Positions 55,975 through 64,000 of a stretch of 64,000 nucleotides of DNA are shown here, one piece after another. A program made the translations under genes and the position numbers. Location: NCBI GenBank assembly GCA_963777505.1, contig CAVZQN010000004.1, positions 1,440,001-1,504,000 on the forward strand, in the 5' to 3' direction. The notes beneath the pieces are model-generated. The model had not been told where the DNA came from, made no database searches, and saw only the letters and a list, made by a program, of their open reading frames with translations. Position 1 is the stretch's first letter; every line of letters starts with the position of its first letter. The stretch is from an uncultured bacterium. GTDB taxonomy: Bacteria; Acidobacteriota; HRBIN11; JAKEFK01.

Positions 55975-57861
55975 GTGATGGGAAAGGTACGACGGGGGAG
56001 TTCTCGGTCAACGAATCTACGATCGAGTCCAGTTTTCGCAGAAATTCTGGATGGAACTAGAAAGAGTTATGGGCATCTGGCCACAATCATTCATGATCTA
56101 CCAGATTGTATATTTGTTGTTGATACGAATAAAAATTTGCTATGGTGGAACAAGAAAGTTGAGATTCTAAGCAAACTTTCTCCCACTGAACTAAAATCAA
56201 AACAAATCCTGGATTTCTTTTCTGAAAAAGATCATCCCGTAATTCTTCAAGCCTTCGAACATACCTTGCTGGAAGGCGAATCTGAAATTGAAGTCGATGT
56301 CGCTGCAGAGGATGGCCCTATTCCGTTCATGTTTCGCGCGATCGCATTAAAAGACCCCAGCGACAAAGTTGTTGGAATTGCGGGAGTAGGCCGCGATATT
56401 ACTGCGAAGGTTCGTGCTGCAGCATCGCTTCGTGTATCAGAGAACCGCTTTCGCGAAATGCTCGAAAATGTTCACCTGCTTTCTGTGATTCTTGATGTAA
56501 ATGGTTCGATCCGATTCTGTAATGAGTATCTTTTGAAATTAACCGGATACGCCCGCGACGAAGTCCTGGGCAAGAATTGGTTTGATTTGTTTATTCCTGA
56601 AAAGGGCCGGACTCAATTTCGTGAAAAATTCGCAAATGATTTACGCGAAAAGATTCTTGCTTCCCATCACGAGTGCGAAATCGTATCGCGTTCAGGAAAC
56701 CTCAGGCTTATTTCGTGGAGCAGTACAACTTTACGGGAAACGGATGGAACCATTTCGGGCGAAGCTTGTATCGGCGTTGACATTACGGATCAACTGAACT
56801 CAATGCGTGAATTGATGAACAGTGAAGAGCGATATCGCGCGGTCGTCCAACAGGCTTCCGAAGGAATCATGCTAATCGATGCTGATACGCGTCAGATCTT
56901 AGATGGCAATCCTGCGATTTGTAAATTTCTCGGCTATGAAGCTTCAGAACTCAGAAAAAAGAATTTGTACGATCTTGTCGTGCTTGACCCTGCAATTATC
57001 GATGGCAATATTGCCCGAATTCTGAACGAAAATTTAGGTTTTCTTGGAAGGAGACAATATCGTCACAAGGAAGGGCACATGATTGAAGTCGAAGTAAATG
57101 TAGCCCTTGTTACCTATGGTGGTAAGAGAGTTTTTTGCGCAATGATTCGTGACATAACGGAACGATTGAAATCGGAAGAAGAATTGCGTAAAGCTCGTGA
57201 GATGGAAACTCTCGGCAGTTTAGTTTCGGGTGTCGCTCACGAAGTACGAAGTCCATTATTTGTAATCAGCACTTCAGCGGAAACGCTTTTCAAGAAAGTC
57301 GGAAACATGCATGAAGTGCAGGCGATTCTGGATCAAGTTGAAAGACTAAGCAAATTGATGAAAGACTTACTGACATTGAAGCCGGTGACACTACCGGAAA
57401 AGTCTCCACAAGATTTTCATGAAATCATTCGAACTACAGTGAAACACCTTGACGCCTCGCACTCCGGATGTGGAGAACGCATACAGATTCTTACTCCATC
57501 GGAATTACCAAAACTTCTTGGAGATCGTGATCAAATAATTCAAGTCTTTTACAATCTTTTGCAAAATGCGTTGCAGCATTCCTCGCAGCTTGAAGAATCG
57601 ATTGAGGTTCGGGCAGAATCTTTCAATGGTGGAATTCTTGCGCATGTCCGTGATTGGGGGCCTGGGATTCCTGCGGATTTTCATCAAAGAGTTTTTGAAC
57701 CATTTGTAACAATGCGAAAAGGTGGAGTTGGTTTAGGTTTGCATATTGCCAAACGCATAGTAGAAAGCCACAACGGAACAATCCATGTCATTAACAACAA
57801 TCCAGGACCAGGATGCTGTTTTGAAGTCTTTTTACCCGGTTCAGGCGAAAAAACAGAATGA
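55975..57861 (+). CDS. Cytoplasmic 3x PAS histidine kinase
   Basis: PAS/PAC ends RDIT, VDIT, RDIT; VAHEVRSP; NLLQNA; DWGPG; GVGLGL. Confidence 0.93.
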   Translation: MMGKVRRGSSRSTNLRSSPVFAEILDGTRKSYGHLATIIHDLPDCIFVVDTNKNLLWWNKKVEILSKLSPTELKSKQILDFFSEKDHPVILQAFEHTLLEGESEIEVDVAAEDGPIPFMFRAIALKDPSDKVVGIAGVGRDITAKVRAAASLRVSENRFREMLENVHLLSVILDVNGSIRFCNEYLLKLTGYARDEVLGKNWFDLFIPEKGRTQFREKFANDLREKILASHHECEIVSRSGNLRLISWSSTTLRETDGTISGEACIGVDITDQLNSMRELMNSEERYRAVVQQASEGIMLIDADTRQILDGNPAICKFLGYEASELRKKNLYDLVVLDPAIIDGNIARILNENLGFLGRRQYRHKEGHMIEVEVNVALVTYGGKRVFCAMIRDITERLKSEEELRKAREMETLGSLVSGVAHEVRSPLFVISTSAETLFKKVGNMHEVQAILDQVERLSKLMKDLLTLKPVTLPEKSPQDFHEIIRTTVKHLDASHSGCGERIQILTPSELPKLLGDRDQIIQVFYNLLQNALQHSSQLEESIEVRAESFNGGILAHVRDWGPGIPADFHQRVFEPFVTMRKGGVGLGLHIAKRIVESHNGTIHVINNNPGPGCCFEVFLPGSGEKTE

Positions 57862-59165
57862 AGCATCTTCTTGTGGTCGATGATGATAAAGCGGTTTGCT
57901 CCGCTCTAAAGGGGCATCTCGAAAGCGAAGGATATCGAGCTTTTGAAGCCTATTCACTTGAAGCTGCGCGAGAAGTTCTTTCAGCCAGCCGAATTCATGC
58001 AGTTTTGTTAGATCAAAATTTACCTGACGGCAATGGTCTGGATTTTATTACCGAAATAAAAGAAGAGTGGCCGCAAGTCTCAATCATTGTAATTACGGGT
58101 TACGGCGATATACCGGTTGCGGTAGAGGCAATGCGCAGAGGTGCCGATTATTTTGCGACGAAACCCGTATACATGAAAGATTTGAAAGTCATTTTGGAAA
58201 AGTGTTTAGAAATTCGATCTTTGCAGAAGATTGCTGATCTTCGTTCCAGACGGACAAGAGATGAACTTTTTATCGGAGATTATTTTCGGACTCATTGCTT
58301 GCGAGAAGCTGAAATTGCTGCAAAATCAGAAAGCCCTGTTTTAATTCAAGGTGAAACAGGAACTGGAAAGAGTTTGCTCGCAACCTGGATTAACAGAGGC
58401 AGCGGAAGAGTGAATGGTCCTTTTGTTCATCTTAATTGCGCGGTTTTGAAGGGCGACTTGCTGGTCTCAGAATTATTTGGGCATGCCCGGGGAGCCTTCA
58501 CCGGTGCAATCCATCGTAAAGCTGGATTGCTCGAAATTGCTGATGGCGGCACGCTGTTTCTTGATGAAATCGGTGACCTGACACCGGAGGTTCAATCTCA
58601 GCTTTTGCACGTGCTGGAAACCAAAACATTCCGGCGTCTGGGTGAAACACGCGATCATTACAGTGATTTCCGTCTTATCTGTGCGACAAATCGAAATTTG
58701 AAGAAAGAGGTAACGGAAGGCATATTTCGTCAGGATCTTTTTTACAGGATCAGTGTCCTAAATGTTTCTCTGCCGCCGCTAAGAGAGTATTTGCCTGAAC
58801 TTCCCAGACTCTGCGATCACTTGCTCACATTGTTACAATGTCCGCATATTCAAGTTTCTGAAAAAGCGATTCAGGTGCTTTCTTCATATTCATGGCCAGG
58901 GAACGTTCGTGAGTTACGGAATGTATTGGAACGAGCGTCACTTCTTTGTGAAAACGAAGCGATTCAACCGTCACATTTACCATTCGGCAATAGAGTTTCG
59001 GCCGAAATTCCAGCAATCTCCATCGAAAAACAGATTAGTCAAATGGAAGTGGACCATATTCGTGATGTAATCGCTCGATGCGAAGGAAATATGACTCGTG
59101 CTGCAAAATTGCTCGGCATTTCCAGAGCAACTTTGTACCGCAGATTGACGCGCAAATACCCTTAA
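57858..59165 (+). CDS. Sigma54-dependent response regulator (NtrC family)
   Basis: REC domain, [28 protein letters not shown], Fis-type HTH. Confidence 0.96.
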   Translation: MKHLLVVDDDKAVCSALKGHLESEGYRAFEAYSLEAAREVLSASRIHAVLLDQNLPDGNGLDFITEIKEEWPQVSIIVITGYGDIPVAVEAMRRGADYFATKPVYMKDLKVILEKCLEIRSLQKIADLRSRRTRDELFIGDYFRTHCLREAEIAAKSESPVLIQGETGTGKSLLATWINRGSGRVNGPFVHLNCAVLKGDLLVSELFGHARGAFTGAIHRKAGLLEIADGGTLFLDEIGDLTPEVQSQLLHVLETKTFRRLGETRDHYSDFRLICATNRNLKKEVTEGIFRQDLFYRISVLNVSLPPLREYLPELPRLCDHLLTLLQCPHIQVSEKAIQVLSSYSWPGNVRELRNVLERASLLCENEAIQPSHLPFGNRVSAEIPAISIEKQISQMEVDHIRDVIARCEGNMTRAAKLLGISRATLYRRLTRKYP

Positions 59166-59167
59166 TC

Positions 59168-59205
59168 TGGTCAGTTGATGCAACAGCTGTATCACAGATG
59201 AAACA
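59168..59205. promoter_or_regulatory. Candidate tandem enhancer sites for a sigma54 activator
   Basis: TGTATCACAGATGAAACA imperfect palindrome preceded by TGGTCAGTTGATGCAACA, 50-90 nt upstream of the -24 box. Confidence 0.45.
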
Positions 59206-59257
59206 CTAAGAAGTCGAATACTAAATTAGAATCGTCGAGCGTTCATTTTTTGGGTTA

Positions 59258-59273
59258 TGGTATAAGAGTTGCT
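59258..59273 (+). promoter_or_regulatory. Candidate sigma54 (-24/-12) promoter
   Basis: TGGTATAAGAGTTGCT (GG-N10-GC) directly downstream of a sigma54 activator gene. Confidence 0.75.
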
Positions 59274-59284
59274 GAGAAGTAGTT

Positions 59285-59380
59285 CAGGTATGCGTTCAAC
59301 CGCAGAACCGGAGAGGGAAGTTCGGTTTAGTAGGGTTTAAGGGCCATGGCACGGACGGCCACTTAGACCTATCTTTTCTT
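59285..59380 (+). ncRNA. Candidate small RNA or structured leader
   Basis: Two hairpins with GGA-containing loops followed by TCTTTTCTT, starting where the sigma54 TSS is expected. Confidence 0.3.
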
Positions 59381-59481
59381 GGAAGTGGCAGGCTTATTCG
59401 TCGCTTAAAATTCGCTACTACATCTAAAATTCTTCTGAAAATCTAACGGCTGCAAGTACTTCTTATTGGAGGAGTTACTCG

Positions 59482-59862
59482 GTGGCATATGCACGTGTGC
59501 TTTTGGTTGATGATGATTCTCAAATCCGTATTTCACTAAAAACTTTGCTATCTTCCGCAGGTTTGGAAGTAGATACCTGTGGAACTTTGGAAGATGCGTT
59601 TACATATTTAGATAGGAAACCTTATCGGGTTGTGATTTCAGATGTTCAGTTGACGGGCAATCGAATGAATGAAGGCTTGCAAGTTCTTCAATATGTAAAA
59701 AATCACACAGTGGATACAGCTTGTATCTTGATCAGTGGAGGTGCCGATACTGAATTGCGAATGCAATTGATAGAGTCCGGTGCAGCATTTTATTTTGATA
59801 AACCTGTTAAAGCTTCAACCTTGCTAGATGCGTTAAATACATTGGGGTGTGATTTAAAATGA
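59482..59862 (+). CDS. Single-domain response regulator
   Basis: LLVDDD, VISDV, ISG, FDKP; GGAGGAG RBS. Confidence 0.92.
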   Translation: MAYARVLLVDDDSQIRISLKTLLSSAGLEVDTCGTLEDAFTYLDRKPYRVVISDVQLTGNRMNEGLQVLQYVKNHTVDTACILISGGADTELRMQLIESGAAFYFDKPVKASTLLDALNTLGCDLK

Positions 59863-61403
59863 GTTCAGGTTCTTTTCGTTACGGATCACTCGAAGGAATT
59901 ATTGATCAGTATGGAATTATAGGAACTCCGCCTGAGCGTATTTTCGATGACTTAACTTCCACTGCAGCATGTCTTTGTCGAACTCCTATTGCTGTTCTTT
60001 CACTGGTGGATCATAGACGTGCCTGGTTCAAATCCAAAGTTGGATTGAATCTCGACCAGGTACCACTTGAACATTCATTTTTCAGTCAGCCTTTTCAATT
60101 GGGGAATGTATTTATTGTTCCCGACACGTTGGCCGATCCGCGGTTTCATCAAAATCCAATGGTTATTGGACCATCCGAAATCCGCTTTTTCGCGGGATGC
60201 TCTTTAGTTCGGCCGGATGGAATCTCGATTGGGACATTGTGTGTTATGGATCGAATTCCAAGACAACTCACGCAGGATCAAGTAGAAGCTATTCGTTCCC
60301 TTGCGCGACATGCATCCAGGTTGTTGGAACTCCGGCGTTCTACTCTACAAGCTTCAAGAAGGGAAGAGCCATCATTAGCCGATAATAATATCTCTTCGAT
60401 TCTGTTTGATTTTGCGCCTGCATCTTTGATGGTCTGTAGTGCATCAACACTGAGTATTCTTGAAGCAAATATTTCTGCGCTCAATTTATATGGTTATGCG
60501 CGCGAAGAAATTTTAGGGATGCCGATTCGGGATCTCTTTTTATCGGACGAAGAGTTCCGTCTTCCTGAAGACAATCAATCCGCACTAGTTCTTCATCGAA
60601 CAAAAAATGGCGAAGTTCTGAAAGTTGAGATTTCTTCGCGGCGTCTTGTGCAATCAGGGCAAGTTGTTTACTTAATTTCCATTCAGGAACAGGATTTTGA
60701 ACAAAACGTACAGAAGACACACAAGATTGAACTCCCATTAGTGTGTCATGAATTGCGGCAGCCACTTACATCGATACACAGTTCGCTCGGTTATTTAGCA
60801 TCTGAAACTGTGACCGACTCAGTTCCTGATTCGCGAAGGATTCTTGAAATTGCATATCGAAATACTCAAAGGATGATGAGGCTTGTGAATGATCTGCAAG
60901 AGACGAGTGCTTTATCGCTTGGTATTACTAGAATGGTGAGCGAAGATCTGAATTTGAATGATGTAATTCGAGAAGCGATTGAATCCAGCCAGTCAAAAGC
61001 ATTTGAATCTGAATCAAGAGTTGTATTTGATGGTGCCCTGCCGGGTGCAATGGTACGCGCAGATCGTGATCGTTTGATTCAGGTGTTTAGCAATCTTTTT
61101 AGCAATGCTTTGCGGTTTAGTCCGCCTGGTAAACCGGTTGTTGTCTCAGTCTTGCAGCACGAAAACAATTATGAAGTGCGAGTAAAAGATCAGGGTCCAG
61201 GAATTGTCGAAGAAATCAGGCTCCAGCTATTTGAAGGAATGGTACGGGGAGATCGTCGCAGGACGAAGCAAAATTCAGGACTCGGGTTATACATCTGCAA
61301 ATTGATCCTTGATGCCATGGGCGGAACAATTCATTTTGAGACTAACGAAAACACAGGAACTTCATTTTACGTGACAATTCCCTCCCTCGAAACCTGCTCG
61401 TAA
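59859..61403 (+). CDS. GAF-PAS histidine kinase
   Basis: PERIFDDL..WFKS..ADPRF..GTLCVMD, HELRQPL, NLFSNA, DQGPG, SGLGL. Confidence 0.92.
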   Translation: MSSGSFRYGSLEGIIDQYGIIGTPPERIFDDLTSTAACLCRTPIAVLSLVDHRRAWFKSKVGLNLDQVPLEHSFFSQPFQLGNVFIVPDTLADPRFHQNPMVIGPSEIRFFAGCSLVRPDGISIGTLCVMDRIPRQLTQDQVEAIRSLARHASRLLELRRSTLQASRREEPSLADNNISSILFDFAPASLMVCSASTLSILEANISALNLYGYAREEILGMPIRDLFLSDEEFRLPEDNQSALVLHRTKNGEVLKVEISSRRLVQSGQVVYLISIQEQDFEQNVQKTHKIELPLVCHELRQPLTSIHSSLGYLASETVTDSVPDSRRILEIAYRNTQRMMRLVNDLQETSALSLGITRMVSEDLNLNDVIREAIESSQSKAFESESRVVFDGALPGAMVRADRDRLIQVFSNLFSNALRFSPPGKPVVVSVLQHENNYEVRVKDQGPGIVEEIRLQLFEGMVRGDRRRTKQNSGLGLYICKLILDAMGGTIHFETNENTGTSFYVTIPSLETCS

Positions 61404-61472
61404 TTCGTTCCATCTATCCAACGAAACAAAACCCAGACAAAGCCGATAACTCTGTTGAAAGGAGTTAAGAAT

Positions 61473-61685
61473 ATGGGACCAAGATATGGAAAAACTGAAT
61501 GTATAAAATTGAATCAAAATCATGAAATTCGCGATTTGATTACTGGAGTTGCCGTTGAAATTTCCAATCCAGAGTCCTATGAGCTCGATACAGTTCTTTT
61601 GAACTCTGCGTATTACAAATTTCGCGACAAAGAATATCGATTCTTGTTGAGTGAGGCTCGCGAATCCGGTCTTAAAATCGCTTAA
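61473..61685 (+). CDS. Small hypothetical protein (70 aa)
   Basis: AAAGGAG RBS before ATG 61473; fills the gap to the convergent gene. Confidence 0.55.
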   Translation: MGPRYGKTECIKLNQNHEIRDLITGVAVEISNPESYELDTVLLNSAYYKFRDKEYRFLLSEARESGLKIA

Positions 61686-64000
61686 TATTCACCACTTTGT
61701 TGCAATAGTTTCGCAACCAGGCCTGTCCATCCTGTTTGGTGGCTTGCGCCGATTCCAGCTCCATTGTCGCCATGGAAATATTCATAAAACAAAATGTAAT
61801 CGCGCCAGTGGGGGTCTTCTTGAAATTTTTTCGCATCTCCAAACACCGGACGCCTCTGATTTTCATTTAACAAAAAGATATTGATTAACCGGTGTGATAA
61901 ATCACGTGCAATTTCCGAAAGGTCGCGATATTTTCCAGAACCCTTTGGGAATTCAACTTTGTATGAATCTCCAAGATAAAAATGAAATTTCTGCAGCGAC
62001 TCAATAATCAGGTAGTTCAAAGGAAACCAGATAGGGCCTCGCCAATTGGAATTTCCACCAAACAAAGCTGTAGCAGATTCTGCCGGTTCGTAATCCACAC
62101 GATGTTCATTTCCATTCACGTGCAGAATATATGGACGATCTTTATGGATTCTGGAAAGCGCTCGAATGCCATAAGGCGATAAAAATTCAGCCTCATCAAG
62201 CATGTAATTCAATACGCGTTTTAATCGGTGGGGGTTTACAAGTGAAAGAAATCGCCGGAAACCTTTTTCCCCCGTTTGTGTTTCGATGTAATCGCCTAAA
62301 TCTGGTCGATTTTCTATAAACCAGTGCATTCGACGCTTAAAGCCTGGAAGATGATCGATTTCCTCCGGGTCCAGAGTTTGAACAGCAAATAATGGAATTA
62401 AACCCACCATCGAACGAATCTTCATCGGAAAGTCTCCGCCTCCCGGAAGATGAAGTACGTCATAATAAAATCCGTCTTCTTCGTTCCATAATTCAATTCC
62501 ACCAGCAATGTTGTTCATGGCGTTGCATATAAATACAAAGTGTTCGAAGAATTTACTGGCTACATCTTCGTATGCTGAATCTACCCGTGCGAGTTCAAGT
62601 GCAATGCTGAGCATATTCAGACAATACATGCCCATCCAGCTTGTACCATCGGATTGTTCAATAAAGCCTCCCGTAGGAAGCGGAGCGCTGCGATCGAATA
62701 CGCCTATGTTATCGAGACCGAGAAAGCCGCCCTGAAAAACATTTCTGCCTTCAGTGTCCTTGCGGTTGATCCACCAGGTAAAATTCAACAAAAGTTTATG
62801 GAAAACGCGTTCAAGAAATTTAAGGTCACCGGTTCCTTTACGTTTCTTTTCAATTTTGTACACACGCCATGCAGCCCATGCATGAACCGGCGGATTCACA
62901 TCACCCAGCTTCCATTCATAAGCGGGAAGTTGTCCATTCGGATGCATATACCATTCACGCAAGAGCAAGACTAATTGTTCTTTCGCGAAATCGGGATCCA
63001 TGATTGCAAGCGGGATGCAATGAAATGCAAGATCCCATGCGGCATACCATGGATATTCCCATTTATCAGGCATCGAAATAACATCTGCGTTATATAGATG
63101 ATTCCATTGAGAATTTCGTCCCTTTTTTCGTTCTTGCGGTGGACGAGGTTGAGCGGGATCGCCTTTAAGCCAGCGATTCACATCATAGTGATAGAACTGT
63201 TTGCTCCATAACATTCCAGCAAGTGACTGACGCAGCACATTCTTTTTGTCTCCACTGAGTTTGTTTGGAATCACAGTTTCATAAAATTGATCTGCCTCTA
63301 ATTTGCGAAGTTGAAATGTTTTCTCGAATTCCGAGAACGGATTTTCAGTCTCTTTATCCGTGAAGGCTAACCGTATTTCTGATTGTTTCCCAGCTGCGAT
63401 TCGTAATTTGTACCATGCGGCTGCTTTTGTCCCTTTTTGTTTTGGATTTATAGCATCGTGTTTGTTGTGAATTACATAGTCATTGATTCCATCTTTGAAA
63501 TACTTTGATCCGTTTTCAGCGCCAAACAATCTCAGTGTGTTTGTTTCGTTTTCTGTATACAGAACTTCGGGAGAGCCCTCACAATAAAGCCATCGATAAC
63601 CGTAGGTGTCGCTGTTTAATCGAATTCCTTCACAGTTTGAAATTGGATTCGATTTGCGCAATCCAGGGCGACGTTCATCCAGTCCCGTATTCCAGGTATT
63701 CCTGAACCAGATAGTTGGTAATAAATGAAGATCCGCATCTTCCGCTCCGCGGTTAATGGCGCGAATTCGGATAAAAATTGTTTCTGGGTCGGCTTTCGCA
63801 TAATCCACAAAAATGTCGAAATAGCGGTCGTCATCAAAAATGCCTGTATCGATTAGTTCGAATTCAAGATCTTTCCGTCCGCGTATTTTGTTTTCTTCTA
63901 CCAGCCGGTGGTAAGGGAATTCTCGTTGTGCGTATTTGTAAAGAAACTCCATATAGGAGTGACTTGGAGTCGAATCCAGATAATAGTAATACTCTTTAAC
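61682..64000 (-). CDS. GH63-like (mannosyl-oligosaccharide glucosidase/MGH1-like) glycoside hydrolase, 5' end outside the window
   Basis: [52 protein letters not shown]; frame stays open to the edge ([16 protein letters not shown]). Confidence 0.92.
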   Translation of the reverse strand, partial: VKEYYYYLDSTPSHSYMEFLYKYAQREFPYHRLVEENKIRGRKDLEFELIDTGIFDDDRYFDIFVDYAKADPETIFIRIRAINRGAEDADLHLLPTIWFRNTWNTGLDERRPGLRKSNPISNCEGIRLNSDTYGYRWLYCEGSPEVLYTENETNTLRLFGAENGSKYFKDGINDYVIHNKHDAINPKQKGTKAAAWYKLRIAAGKQSEIRLAFTDKETENPFSEFEKTFQLRKLEADQFYETVIPNKLSGDKKNVLRQSLAGMLWSKQFYHYDVNRWLKGDPAQPRPPQERKKGRNSQWNHLYNADVISMPDKWEYPWYAAWDLAFHCIPLAIMDPDFAKEQLVLLLREWYMHPNGQLPAYEWKLGDVNPPVHAWAAWRVYKIEKKRKGTGDLKFLERVFHKLLLNFTWWINRKDTEGRNVFQGGFLGLDNIGVFDRSAPLPTGGFIEQSDGTSWMGMYCLNMLSIALELARVDSAYEDVASKFFEHFVFICNAMNNIAGGIELWNEEDGFYYDVLHLPGGGDFPMKIRSMVGLIPLFAVQTLDPEEIDHLPGFKRRMHWFIENRPDLGDYIETQTGEKGFRRFLSLVNPHRLKRVLNYMLDEAEFLSPYGIRALSRIHKDRPYILHVNGNEHRVDYEPAESATALFGGNSNWRGPIWFPLNYLIIESLQKFHFYLGDSYKVEFPKGSGKYRDLSEIARDLSHRLINIFLLNENQRRPVFGDAKKFQEDPHWRDYILFYEYFHGDNGAGIGASHQTGWTGLVAKLLQQSGEY

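Noticed and set aside
59347-59362. Second sigma54 site starting TGGCAC
   Set aside because: No GC at the required -12 spacing
2141-63999. Numerous 60-150 aa antisense or alternate-frame ORFs
   Set aside because: They lie within well-supported genes and show no motifs or RBS
1-64000. Defence island, prophage, tRNA or rRNA
   Set aside because: No integrase, nuclease, structural phage gene or cloverleaf/rRNA signature was recognised by eye

Overview
Gene-dense chromosomal window from a diderm bacterium, probably an uncultured Acidobacteriota-like lineage (inferred from gene content only). It holds about 50 genes. Housekeeping genes include efp, purS/purQ, mutL, der, zwf-opcA, eda, rocD, rocF and a class II photolyase. 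There are also signalling proteins (three histidine kinases, a sigma54 activator, a Ser/Thr kinase, an MglA-like GTPase), peptidases (M16, M28, M2) and large secreted multidomain proteins. I saw no rRNA, tRNA, CRISPR array, transposase or phage gene. Several genes are broken by single-base indels, most likely assembly errors. Main observations missed by the ORF track: (1) the tandem repeats at 331-790 encode a long His/Arg-rich disordered N-terminus (about 10x RSDSPGPRHQ) of a transcription termination factor Rho that runs off the left edge; (2) two unrelated secreted proteins end in the same 170-aa C-terminal domain, a candidate lineage-specific sorting or anchoring module; (3) a 100-bp GTAG..CTAC palindromic element sits inside the signal peptide of a pentaheme cytochrome that abuts a Tat-exported DUF362 lipoprotein gene; (4) two matching sigma54 promoters are present, one followed by a candidate two-hairpin small RNA; (5) several families of REP-like and short-period palindromic repeats occupy many intergenic gaps.
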